In this document: in pieces, positions 9,273 through 18,403 of the stretch
How positions within the stretch are numbered: the stretch's first letter is position 1
How the letters are laid out: each line of letters opens with the position of its first letter
NCBI GenBank assembly: GCA_049651785.1
Contig: JBASCT010000021.1
Span: forward strand, 1-50,850
Source of the DNA: Minisyncoccia bacterium
GTDB taxonomy: Bacteria > Patescibacteriota > Minisyncoccia > Phycocordibacterales > Zambryskibacteraceae
Direction of reading: 5' to 3'
DNA: 50,850 bases
Program-made: the position numbers and the translations under genes
Notes under the pieces: model-generated
The model's database searches: none
The model's input: only the letters and a program-made list of their open reading frames with translations
What the model was told of the DNA's origin: nothing

Positions 9273-11420
9273 ATGGCTAGGGAATACGAACCGAAAGAAA
9301 TTGAGAGCAAGTGGCAAAAGGAGTGGCAGAGGTCAGGCATCTATGAAGCCGCCTCTTCATCAAAGAAACCAAAATATTACGCTCTTATAGAGTTTCCTTA
9401 TCCTTCCGGAGACGGCCTGCATGTCGGGCATGTTAGAAGTTATACAGCTCTTGATATTCTTGCCAGAAAAAAGAGAAGGGAAGGATTCAACGTACTCTAT
9501 CCAATAGGTTGGGACGCTTTTGGTTTGCCGACAGAGAACTTTGCCCTAAAAACTGGCAAAGATCCGAAGGTGGTGACGAAGGAAAATACCGACAACTTCC
9601 GTAGACAGCTAAAGTCACTCGGCCTCTCCTTTGACTGGTCGCGAGAAGTAAATACCACAGACCCGAAGTATTACAAATGGACGCAGTGGCTCTTTTTAAA
9701 ATTTCTTGAAAAAGGTTTGGCGTACAAGGCGAAGATGCCTATCAACTGGTGCCCGAAGGATAAAATCGGTTTGGCGAACGAAGAGGTTGTCGATGGCAAA
9801 TGCGAGCGTTGCGGAACAGAGGTTGAAGAGCGTGAGAAGGAGCAGTGGATGCTTGCCATAACTAAATACGCTGACCGACTGCACTCTGACCTAGACACCG
9901 TTGACTATCCAGAGCGAGTAAAAACTCAACAAAGAAATTGGATCGGACGAAGCGAGGGCGTTCTAATCAAATTCGACGAGATAGAAGTTTTTACCACTCG
10001 TCCCGACACCATCTGTGGCGCCACCTTCGTCGCGGTCTCCGGCAAGGCTGATAAGTTTACGGGAAAGTATGTGACAAACCCCGCGACGAAAGAAAAAGTT
10101 CCCGTCTGGGAGGCCGAGTATGTACTCTCCGACTACGGTACGGGCGCTGTCATGGGCGTGCCCGCTGATGACGAGCGCGACCTCGCCTTTGCCGAGAAGT
10201 ACAAGATTCCCGTAATCAGAGATTATAAAAAAGCCGAGAATGGTGAATTCGGGAAGCAAGTCACGAGATACAAACTCCGCGACTGGATTTTCTCCCGCCA
10301 ACGTTACTGGGGCGAGCCGATACCGGTTATTCACTGTACCTCCTGTGGTATCGTCCCCGTGCCGGAAAAAGATTTGCCCGTAGAACTTCCAGAGGTGGAG
10401 AAGTACGAGCCGAGAGATGACGGCGAGTCACCCCTTGCCAGTATAGAAGGATGGGTTCGTGTTAAGTGTCCGAAGTGCAAAGGGGAGGCAAGACGGGAGA
10501 CGGACGTGATGCCCAACTGGGCGGGGAGCTCGTGGTACTTCCTGCGCTACGCCGATCCGGAAAATAATAAAGAATTCGCGTCGGCAAAAGCGCTAAAAAA
10601 CTGGCTGCCGGTCGATTGGTACAACGGGGGGATGGAACACACCGTTCTCCACCTTCTCTACTCCCGCTTTTGGAATAAATTTTTATACGACCTCGGCCTT
10701 GTGCCCACGGACGAGCCGTACCGAAAGCGCACTTCGCACGGGCTCATTCTTGCCGAGAACGGCGAGAAGATGTCCAAATCGCGGGGCAACGTCGTGAATC
10801 CAGACGATATTGTCGAGCGCTTCGGCGCCGACACCATGCGCCTTTACGAAATGTTTATGGGACCGTTTGAACAAGCGATCAGCTGGAACGAGGATTCGCT
10901 CGTTGGTCCCAGAAGATTTCTCGAAAGAGTCTGGAGGCTTAAAGAAAAAATCTCTGATAAATCTAGTAGTGAAGAAACAGCTCTGCACCAGACGATTAAA
11001 AAAATTTCTGACGACATAGAGACCATGGGATTCAACACGGCTGTTTCGGCACTTATGATTTATGTAAACACTCTCGACAAGCGAGAGACGATAACGAAAG
11101 AAGAGTTCGAAGCCCTGCTCTTGCTTCTTGCCCCATTTGCGCCGCATATAACGGAGGAACTTTGGCACGATCTCGGACATAAAAAATCAATTCATCTTGA
11201 GGAATGGCCTAAGTACGAAAATGGCAAACTTGAGCTCGAATCCATAAGAATAGCCGTGCAGGTTGATGGAAAAGTTAGAGCTGAGATTGTTATATCCAAA
11301 GGTGATAGTGAGGAGAAGATAAAAAGACAAGCCCTTGAGGCGTCCCAAAAATGGCTCAATAACAAGGCGCCAAAGAAGGTCATTATTGTGCCGAAAAAGA
11401 TTGTAAGCATCGTTACTTGA
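9273..11420 (+). CDS. leuS: Leucyl-tRNA synthetase (compact, 715 aa)
   Basis: HIGH region PYPSGDGLHVGHVRSY, KMSKS (GEKMSKSRGN), TTRPDT editing-domain signature. Confidence 0.95.
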   Translation: MAREYEPKEIESKWQKEWQRSGIYEAASSSKKPKYYALIEFPYPSGDGLHVGHVRSYTALDILARKKRREGFNVLYPIGWDAFGLPTENFALKTGKDPKVVTKENTDNFRRQLKSLGLSFDWSREVNTTDPKYYKWTQWLFLKFLEKGLAYKAKMPINWCPKDKIGLANEEVVDGKCERCGTEVEEREKEQWMLAITKYADRLHSDLDTVDYPERVKTQQRNWIGRSEGVLIKFDEIEVFTTRPDTICGATFVAVSGKADKFTGKYVTNPATKEKVPVWEAEYVLSDYGTGAVMGVPADDERDLAFAEKYKIPVIRDYKKAENGEFGKQVTRYKLRDWIFSRQRYWGEPIPVIHCTSCGIVPVPEKDLPVELPEVEKYEPRDDGESPLASIEGWVRVKCPKCKGEARRETDVMPNWAGSSWYFLRYADPENNKEFASAKALKNWLPVDWYNGGMEHTVLHLLYSRFWNKFLYDLGLVPTDEPYRKRTSHGLILAENGEKMSKSRGNVVNPDDIVERFGADTMRLYEMFMGPFEQAISWNEDSLVGPRRFLERVWRLKEKISDKSSSEETALHQTIKKISDDIETMGFNTAVSALMIYVNTLDKRETITKEEFEALLLLLAPFAPHITEELWHDLGHKKSIHLEEWPKYENGKLELESIRIAVQVDGKVRAEIVISKGDSEEKIKRQALEASQKWLNNKAPKKVIIVPKKIVSIVT

Positions 11421-11427
11421 CGCTCAC

Positions 11428-11456
11428 TTGACACGTGTTTGTATAGGTGATACAAA
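11428..11456 (+). promoter_or_regulatory. Sigma-70-type promoter TTGACA-17-TACAAA
   Basis: TTGACA 11428-11433, 17-nt spacer ending in TGa, TACAAA 11451-11456, ATG 12 nt downstream. Confidence 0.55.
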
Positions 11457-11468
11457 TACGAAACAATT

Positions 11469-12506
11469 ATGAGCGAGAAGCTTGTTTTAAATTTCAAACC
11501 CAAGGAGGTCGTCAAGCGCCTTTTATCAAGTTTGACGAAAAGGGGGCAGGATGTACTTGTGAGTCGCTACGGCTTGGGCGCGAAAACGGGCAAGATGACC
11601 CTCGACACCATTGGCAAGAAATACAGCATTACCCGTGAGCGTGTCCGTCAGATTGAGAATCACTCCCTCGCCACTATCAGGAAATCAAAGACCTACAAGG
11701 AGTCAGAGTCGGCTCTTACGGAACTCAAGGCGCTTATCATGGAGCTCGGCGGTATTGTCTCCGAAAAAGATCTTCTGAACCATCTCTCAAAAGACCAGAG
11801 CACCCAGAACCATTTTCATTTCCTGCTCGTTATCGGCGAGAGCTTCAAGCGCGAGAAAGAGGACGAGGAGTTCAAACACCACTGGCATGTCGATCAAGAG
11901 CTTGCCGCGAAGATTAAGACGGCCCTCCGCAAGCTCTACTCCAAACTCTCCGACGATGAACTTGTGTTCGAGAGCGATATGGTTGACTCCTTCTTAGACG
12001 AGGTCAAAGACATAAACGAAAAGTATAAAAACGAAGAGGTGGTCAAGCGCTGGCTCTCGCTCTCCCACAAAATAGGCAAGAATCCCTTGGGCGAATGGGG
12101 TAAATCTTCTTCTTCCAACGTCAATGCCAAAGGTATGCGCGATTACGCCTTCCTTGTCATCAGAAAGCACGGCTCACCAATCCACTTCAAAGAAGTGGCC
12201 AAGGCCATCACAAAATATTTTAATAAAAAAGCGCATGTCGCCACGACCCACAACGAACTTATCAAGGACCCGCGCTTTGTTCTTGTCGGCCGCGGGCTTT
12301 ATGCTCTCGCCGAGTGGGGTTACATGTCCGGTGTGGTTAAAGATGTCATCAGGAATATCATCGAGAAAGAGGGACCCCTGACCAAGGACAAGATTATCGA
12401 GAAAACCCTCAAGGAGCGCTACGTTAAGGAAAACACGATTCTCGTTAACCTCCAGAATCCGAAGTATTTCAAAAAAGACTCCGCCAACAGATACCATAAT
12501 GCCTAA
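11469..12506 (+). CDS. Sigma-70 region-4-like HTH protein with C-terminal HARE-HTH-like domain
   Basis: TLDTIGKKYSITRERVRQIENHSL resembles sigma region 4. The C-terminal MRDYAFLVIRKHGSPIHFKEV...GRGLYALAEWG resembles RpoE-delta/HARE-HTH. Confidence 0.6.
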   Translation: MSEKLVLNFKPKEVVKRLLSSLTKRGQDVLVSRYGLGAKTGKMTLDTIGKKYSITRERVRQIENHSLATIRKSKTYKESESALTELKALIMELGGIVSEKDLLNHLSKDQSTQNHFHFLLVIGESFKREKEDEEFKHHWHVDQELAAKIKTALRKLYSKLSDDELVFESDMVDSFLDEVKDINEKYKNEEVVKRWLSLSHKIGKNPLGEWGKSSSSNVNAKGMRDYAFLVIRKHGSPIHFKEVAKAITKYFNKKAHVATTHNELIKDPRFVLVGRGLYALAEWGYMSGVVKDVIRNIIEKEGPLTKDKIIEKTLKERYVKENTILVNLQNPKYFKKDSANRYHNA

Positions 12507-12549
12507 ACCTGGGGTTTGAGAAGCATCCAAAAGCGTGTAAAATTAAGTA

Positions 12550-13851
12550 ATGATTGAAGAGTTTATTTCTCTTTTCCAGACCGACCTTTATTTAAGAATC
12601 TGGGGCTACGTCGCCGCCACCTGGCCTATCTGGCTCCCGATAGCCATGTTCAGTCTCTTCATGAACACTTGGCTTTCCTACAAACGCCGCGAATGGATCA
12701 GGTCCAAGGGCGCCATGCTTCTCGAGATAAAACTTCCTAAGGAGATCGAGCGCTCGCCCGCGGCCATGGAAGTCGTTTTCAACGGCCTTCACGAGGGTGT
12801 CGTCGGCTCGCTGACTGATGTCTATTTGAACGGGCGGGTCAGATCGTGGTTCTCTTTCGAGATAGTTTCACTCGGTGGTGAGGTCAAATTTTTCATCTGG
12901 GCTTTCCCGCAATGGAAAAGCATCATCGAGTCGCGCATCTACGCGCAATATCCGGGGGTTGAAATTTTCGAAGCTCAAGACGACTACGCGCTGAAAGTAA
13001 TCTACGATCCGAAGAGAATGGACATCTGGGGCGCTACGATCAAACTCAATAAGGCCGACGCCTATCCAATCAAAACTTACATCGACTACGAACTCGATAG
13101 AGGCGGCAAGGAACCCGAGGAAATTGTCGACCCGATTATGCCGGTTCTCGAACAGCTAGGCTCTCTTAAGCCCGGTGAGCAAGCTTGGTTCCAGATTTTG
13201 GTTCAGGCTCACCGCAAAGAAGGTTTTAAAGATACCCGTATTTTTCCCAAGTCCGACTGGCAAGAGGGTATAAAGAAGGAAATAACAAAGATTATCGAAA
13301 AGGAATCGTTCACTAAGCCGACCAAGGCAACGGGCGACAAAGATTCCATGCCCTACATGACCTTTCTCACGAGAACCCAGGACAAGACCATCGAAGCGAT
13401 AGAGCGCAACGCCGCCAAACCCGCTTTTGACACCATGATTAGAGTTTTATACACCGCGCCGATTGGTATTTTCAGTAAAGGGCGAATCGGCGGACTCCTG
13501 GGCAGTTTGCGCCAATTCGGTTCCCAGAGCCTCAACAGTTTCCGTCCGGACTGGATGCTTAACACCGACTATGAATGGGAAGATTTTCGTAACTTCGGCA
13601 AGAAACGCAATTCGCGCACGCTGCTTGAGGCCTATAAAAGAAGGTCGTTTTTCAATGTGCCTTTTAAACATTTGCGCGGGAAGCCTTTTATTCTCACGGC
13701 CGAGGAGCTCGCCACGATTTATCACTTCCCGGGCAGGGCCATAACGACGCCGACCCTTGCTCGCGTGCCTTCTAAGAAAGCGACCGCGCCGCCAAACTTG
13801 CCCGTCAAACACTTGGAGGTAGAGGATGCCTCGGAGAGGTCGCCGAATTAG
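12550..13851 (+). CDS. Hypothetical membrane protein, 433 aa
   Basis: Track ORF with an N-terminal TM pair. TAAAAT box lies 6 nt upstream of the ATG. No family recognised. Confidence 0.6.
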   Translation: MIEEFISLFQTDLYLRIWGYVAATWPIWLPIAMFSLFMNTWLSYKRREWIRSKGAMLLEIKLPKEIERSPAAMEVVFNGLHEGVVGSLTDVYLNGRVRSWFSFEIVSLGGEVKFFIWAFPQWKSIIESRIYAQYPGVEIFEAQDDYALKVIYDPKRMDIWGATIKLNKADAYPIKTYIDYELDRGGKEPEEIVDPIMPVLEQLGSLKPGEQAWFQILVQAHRKEGFKDTRIFPKSDWQEGIKKEITKIIEKESFTKPTKATGDKDSMPYMTFLTRTQDKTIEAIERNAAKPAFDTMIRVLYTAPIGIFSKGRIGGLLGSLRQFGSQSLNSFRPDWMLNTDYEWEDFRNFGKKRNSRTLLEAYKRRSFFNVPFKHLRGKPFILTAEELATIYHFPGRAITTPTLARVPSKKATAPPNLPVKHLEVEDASERSPN

Positions 13852-13854
13852 AAG

Positions 13855-14805
13855 ATGTTTTCGGCGCTTCCTAAAAACTGGCGAATCCACCTTGCCGCTC
13901 TCGGCGCCGTTTTGTTTTTAATCCTCGTATTTGCTCTCTCGGCGCCGCGCGGTTTCCCAGAAAAATCTTTAATTGTCGTCAAGGAAGGCACGGACCTCTT
14001 CGCACTTTCGCGCGAACTCTCTGAAGCTCGGGTTATTCGCTCGCCGTTTTGGTTCCGTGCCCTCGCCATCCTCATGGGTGGCGAGCGCGATATGAAAGCC
14101 GGCGAATACTTTATGGATCGACCGCAAAGCTCGCTTAGAATCGCTTGGAGAATTCTCTACGGTCGCCACGGTATTGAGACGATTAAGCTCACCGTACCCG
14201 AAGGCTTCACAATCGAAAAAATTTCAAATCTCTTCGACGGAAGGTTTGGTTATTTCAACAAAAAAGACTTCAAGGAGCTCGCCCAAGAAGGCTTTATGTT
14301 CCCCGACACTTATTTTGTGCCGATAACGGCCACGGCCTCCTCGACCGTAAAAATGTTTAGCGACAACTTCGAGAGAAGACTGGAACCGCTTCTCGCCGAG
14401 ATTGCCCAATCCGGGAGAACCTTGGATGAAATTATAAAAATGGCTTCAATCCTTGAAGGCGAGGCGAAAAGTTCCGAGGACATGAGAATCGTTTCCGGTA
14501 TTTTATGGAAGAGACTCGACAACGACATTGCTCTTCAGGTAGACACGAGCTTCGCCTATATCAACGGCAAGACGACCAAAGAGCTGACGGCCGAAGACCT
14601 CAAAATTAAATCACCCTATAACTCCTATCTCTACAGAGGCTTGCCGCCAACACCGATTTCTAACCCCGGGTTAGAAAGTATCCGCGCCGCCCTTAGCCCC
14701 ACGACGACGCCCTATCTCTACTTTCTCACCGGGGATGACGGAGCGATGTATTACTCGCGCACCTTTGACGAGCATGTGGAGAAGAAAAGACGGTTAATCA
14801 GATAA
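13855..14805 (+). CDS. mltG: Endolytic murein transglycosylase MltG (YceG-like)
   Basis: N-terminal TM, then FMFPDTYF, ASILEGEA and SPYNSYLYRGLPPTPISNPG motifs of the YceG family. Confidence 0.85.
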   Translation: MFSALPKNWRIHLAALGAVLFLILVFALSAPRGFPEKSLIVVKEGTDLFALSRELSEARVIRSPFWFRALAILMGGERDMKAGEYFMDRPQSSLRIAWRILYGRHGIETIKLTVPEGFTIEKISNLFDGRFGYFNKKDFKELAQEGFMFPDTYFVPITATASSTVKMFSDNFERRLEPLLAEIAQSGRTLDEIIKMASILEGEAKSSEDMRIVSGILWKRLDNDIALQVDTSFAYINGKTTKELTAEDLKIKSPYNSYLYRGLPPTPISNPGLESIRAALSPTTTPYLYFLTGDDGAMYYSRTFDEHVEKKRRLIR

Positions 14806-14834
14806 TTGACAACTATTTAAATTAAGCATATAAC
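14806..14834 (+). promoter_or_regulatory. Sigma-70-type promoter TTGACA-17-TATAAC
   Basis: TTGACA 14806-14811, 17-nt spacer, TATAAC 14829-14834, about 48-nt leader to ATG 14883. Confidence 0.6.
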
Positions 14835-14882
14835 TCTCGTCGGCAGGTACCTTTAACAAATTCAGGAAAAGGGGATAGAAAC

Positions 14883-15401
14883 ATGTTCGTAATCGTCGAC
14901 GGTCCGCCTCCGGATGATCCGGTCTTTCCGGTTTTTCTGGAGACAAGTGTCGGCGGTAAGTCTGACGATGAACTACTCTCAGAACTCCCGCCGGAAACTT
15001 ACTATATCCACCCAGTAGTAAGGGAGTACTTCACTTCCCAAAAGAAGCGTGCGGAGAAGAAATTTTCCGAGACAGTCGCGTTTGCGTGGGCTCGGGTCCG
15101 CGACCTCGACTATTATCGCGACCTGCCGCCGTTTTACGCCGAAGTGTGGGCGCGTATAAGGAGTCTGGGCCATAGCCTCTGTGAGCCAAGTGACGCTCTG
15201 GTCTTGCGCCGCGAGATTATCCAGCCACTCTGCGACAAGACCTTTCTCGCCATGGATAGCGTTGTACGTAAAGGTGGGATACACCACATCTACTACCTAT
15301 CCCAGTACTACGAGTCGGCGATTCTTGGCGCTCGTTTCTTCAGGCCAAGCCACAAGATTCCTCTTGATACAAGAATTATTTTCCGCCTCAAGCGGTCCTG
15401 A
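14883..15401 (+). CDS. Hypothetical protein, 172 aa (orphan transcription unit)
   Basis: Own promoter and own terminator. No recognisable motif. Confidence 0.55.
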   Translation: MFVIVDGPPPDDPVFPVFLETSVGGKSDDELLSELPPETYYIHPVVREYFTSQKKRAEKKFSETVAFAWARVRDLDYYRDLPPFYAEVWARIRSLGHSLCEPSDALVLRREIIQPLCDKTFLAMDSVVRKGGIHHIYYLSQYYESAILGARFFRPSHKIPLDTRIIFRLKRS

Positions 15402-15410
15402 ATTAGAACA

Positions 15411-15445
15411 AGCGCTGCGCACCTAGTGCGCGGCGCTTTCTTTTT
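15411..15445 (+). terminator. Rho-independent terminator
   Basis: agcgctgcgca-cctag-tgcgcggcgct (one G-T pair) followed by tttctttttat. Confidence 0.7.
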
Positions 15446-15461
15446 ATGTAGGATGGGGCAG

Positions 15462-16526
15462 ATGAAGAAAAAAGTTTTCGTCGGCCTCTCAGGTGGAGTG
15501 GATTCCGCCGTCTCGGCAGCCCTTCTTAAGAAGCAAGGCTTTAGCGTGACCGGTGTTTTTATAAAAGTCTGGCAACCCGATTTTCTGCCCTGCAGTTGGC
15601 GCGAAGAGAGAAGGGACGCGATGCGGGTGGCGGCGGCGCTTGAGATTCCGTTTCTTTTCTTCGACTTCTCCGACGAATATAAAAAGGGCGTTGTTGACCG
15701 CGCCATAGCGGAATATAAACTGGGACTCACCCCCAACCCAGACGTTTTATGCAACAAGGAAATAAAATTCGGCTCGTTCTGGAAGAGGGCTCGAGAATTA
15801 GGCGCCGATTTTATCGCCACGGGTCACTACGCGAGGGTTGAGGGGGGCAAACTTCTCGAGGGTCGGGATGGAGAAAAGGACCAATCCTACTTTCTCTGGA
15901 CTATTCCGCGCGCGGACCTGCCGCACATCTTGTTTCCTATCGGTGATTTGGAAAAGAAAGAGGTTCGTAAACTTGCGCAAAAATTCGGACTACCCGTCTC
16001 GGAGAAGAAGGATAGCCAAGGCATCTGCTTTATAGGTGACGTGGAAATGTCGGAATTTCTCTCGTACTTTATTCCGCCGAAACGAGGCAAGGTGCTCGAC
16101 ACCAAGGGTGTCGCTATCGGGCTCCATCAGGGTGCCGTGTTTTACACGATAGGGGAAAGGCATGGTCTTGAGATTACCAAAAAGAAATCGACCGACGGCG
16201 CCTTCTATGTCGTGGCCAAGGATTTAAAGGCCAATACCCTCACGGTCTCAAACCACGAGCCAGAGATTATTTCGTACTCACCTAAAGGGGTTGTGGCCGG
16301 AGACTTGAATTTGATTACTGAGCCGAGCTCAAGCAGGACAACCGCAAGAATCAGATACCGTGGAGAAAAAGTGCCGGTGACTCTCCAAAAACTGGAAGAC
16401 AAACTTGAAATAAAATTCGATAAGCCGATGAAAGGACTCTCACTCGGGCAGTCTATAGTCTTATATGACAAGGAGACATGTCTTGGCGGCGGAGTGATGG
16501 AGAAAGTGTTTCTCGGTTATAATTAA
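15462..16526 (+). CDS. mnmA: tRNA 2-thiouridine(34) synthase MnmA
   Basis: PP-loop GLSGGVDSAVSA, DQSYFL and GICFIG motifs. Track start 15426 lies inside the upstream terminator, so ATG 15453 or 15462 is more likely. Confidence 0.9.
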   Translation: MKKKVFVGLSGGVDSAVSAALLKKQGFSVTGVFIKVWQPDFLPCSWREERRDAMRVAAALEIPFLFFDFSDEYKKGVVDRAIAEYKLGLTPNPDVLCNKEIKFGSFWKRARELGADFIATGHYARVEGGKLLEGRDGEKDQSYFLWTIPRADLPHILFPIGDLEKKEVRKLAQKFGLPVSEKKDSQGICFIGDVEMSEFLSYFIPPKRGKVLDTKGVAIGLHQGAVFYTIGERHGLEITKKKSTDGAFYVVAKDLKANTLTVSNHEPEIISYSPKGVVAGDLNLITEPSSSRTTARIRYRGEKVPVTLQKLEDKLEIKFDKPMKGLSLGQSIVLYDKETCLGGGVMEKVFLGYN

Positions 16527-16530
16527 GGGC

Positions 16531-17370
16531 GTGGCAGAGTTCAACAAGCAAATAATAATCCTAAAGGCGAACGGCGAGCGCGAAGCGTTTGACCCCGAGA
16601 AACTGCGCGCCTCGCTTCTTAACGCTGGCGCCTCCGATGAGATAGTGACAAGTGTTTTAAGCCACGTCATGCCGGAGCTTCACGACGGCATGACAACCTC
16701 CCAGATTTACCAGCACGCCTTCTCGCTCCTTGCGAACACGAGTAAGCCCATCGCCAGAAGCTACTCTCTCCGCCGCGCCATCATGGACCTCGGACCGTCC
16801 GGCTTTCCCTTCGAAGATTTCATTGCCGAAATTCTCAAAGCCAAGGGTTTCGAGTGCAAAACTCGCCAGACCGTTCTCGGCGGCTGCGTCCCGCACGAAG
16901 TTGACGTTGTCGCCTACAACGCCAAGAAACTTATCATGGTCGAAGCGAAGTTCCACAACGAACTCGGCACCAAGTCCGATCTGAAAGTCGTTCTTTATAT
17001 CAAAGCGCGCTTCGATGATCTGAAGGATAATGTCTACAACTATGGCGGAACCAACAGAAAGATTACCGACTCCTGGCTCGTCACTAACACCAAGTTCTCA
17101 AGCACCGCCGTCCACTACGGCGTCTGCACCAATCTGACTATGATAGGATGGAACTATCCGGAAAAGGGCAATTTGCAAGACATGGTTGAGGCGGAGGGAC
17201 TCCACCCGATTACTTGCCTCACTTCACTTTCACCCTCGGATAAAAAAACTTTACTCGAAGCTCGCGTGGTGCTCTGCTCCGAGATAAAGAAGAATCCAGA
17301 TTTGCTTAAAAACTTTTTGGGTAAAGACTTTGACCCTCAACCCGTTATTAGCGAAATAGCAGGACTATGA
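16531..17370 (+). CDS. ATP-cone domain fused to PD-(D/E)xK (Mrr-like) nuclease fold
   Basis: The N-terminal KANGEREAFDPEKLRASLLNAGAS...IY is ATP-cone-like. The C-terminal HEVDVVAY...LIMVEAKFH gives a D..ExK signature. GTG start. Confidence 0.7.
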   Translation: MAEFNKQIIILKANGEREAFDPEKLRASLLNAGASDEIVTSVLSHVMPELHDGMTTSQIYQHAFSLLANTSKPIARSYSLRRAIMDLGPSGFPFEDFIAEILKAKGFECKTRQTVLGGCVPHEVDVVAYNAKKLIMVEAKFHNELGTKSDLKVVLYIKARFDDLKDNVYNYGGTNRKITDSWLVTNTKFSSTAVHYGVCTNLTMIGWNYPEKGNLQDMVEAEGLHPITCLTSLSPSDKKTLLEARVVLCSEIKKNPDLLKNFLGKDFDPQPVISEIAGL

Positions 17371-17795
17371 CAGACTCACTTTATCTTTTGATGATTGCTT
17401 TGGTACTCGGCTCCATGCTCGGCTTCGAACGCACGATGGCGGGTAAGAGCGCGGGCTTCAGAACTTTCGGCCTGGTTTCCATGGGCTCATGCCTTTTTAT
17501 CCTGATTGCGCGCTTTGTTGTTCCGACGGCAGAGAACTTCGCCGACCCTATGAGGATGGCGGCGGGGATTGTCATGGGTATTGGCTTTCTCGGTGGCGGC
17601 ACGATAATTCTTAAGGACTCAACGGTAACGGGACTCACCACGGCGGCCGGACTCTGGGTGGCGGCGGGCATCGGCATGGCGGTCGGCTACGGCCTCCTGC
17701 CTCTCGCCTTTTTCACCGCGGCGGCGACCATTCTTGTCTTCACCGTCTTTTGGATCATAGAGCAGAAAATCGTTTCCAAGAAAGTAAATGAGTGA
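17367..17795 (+). CDS. MgtC/SapB family membrane protein
   Basis: GFERTMAGKSAGFRTFGLV...GIGFLGGGTI...GLTTAAGLWVAAGIGMAVG matches the MgtC core. 4-nt overlap with the upstream gene. Confidence 0.75.
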   Translation: MTDSLYLLMIALVLGSMLGFERTMAGKSAGFRTFGLVSMGSCLFILIARFVVPTAENFADPMRMAAGIVMGIGFLGGGTIILKDSTVTGLTTAAGLWVAAGIGMAVGYGLLPLAFFTAAATILVFTVFWIIEQKIVSKKVNE

Positions 17796-18384
17796 TATCG
17801 ACGGGGCTCTGAAGAAAATAAAAGACGAAATTATAAATCTCACCAGCTCGCCCCTCTACGCATATCGGGTGGCGAACAAATATTTTCCTGTCATCGGAGA
17901 GGGCAGTCACTTGGCGAAAATCATGTTTGTGGGCGAGGCGCCGGGAGAGACGGAGGCGAAGACGGGCAGACCTTTTTGCGGCCGGGCCGGCAAGATTCTC
18001 GACGAGCTCCTCGCCTCCATCGGCATTGATAGGAAAGACGTTTACGTGACAAATATTGTCAAAGACCGACCACCCTCGAACCGCGACCCCGAGCCTTCGG
18101 AAATAGACCTTTATGCCCCCTTCCTCGACCGCCAGATAGAAATAATGCGGCCGAAAATCGTTGCGACCTTGGGCCGCTTTTCCATGCAGTATGTTATGAG
18201 TCGCTACGGTCTCGAGTGGGAGCTTGGGCCCATTAGCCGCATTCACGGCAAGGTCTTTGAAACGAAACTAGGGGAGGAAAAGCTTCTTGTCGTGCCTCTC
18301 TACCACCCCGCCGCCGCGATTTACAACCAAGCGCTCTTGGGCACGCTCAAAAACGATTTCGCGATTTTAAAAACTCTAAGTTAA
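17788..18384 (+). CDS. Uracil-DNA glycosylase, family 4-like
   Basis: GEAPGETEAKTGRPFCGRAGKILD and LYHPAAAIY motifs. The N-terminal Fe-S cysteines are not evident. Confidence 0.8.
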   Translation: MSDIDGALKKIKDEIINLTSSPLYAYRVANKYFPVIGEGSHLAKIMFVGEAPGETEAKTGRPFCGRAGKILDELLASIGIDRKDVYVTNIVKDRPPSNRDPEPSEIDLYAPFLDRQIEIMRPKIVATLGRFSMQYVMSRYGLEWELGPISRIHGKVFETKLGEEKLLVVPLYHPAAAIYNQALLGTLKNDFAILKTLS

Positions 18385-18403
18385 TTGTGATATATTGACT
18401 TCC

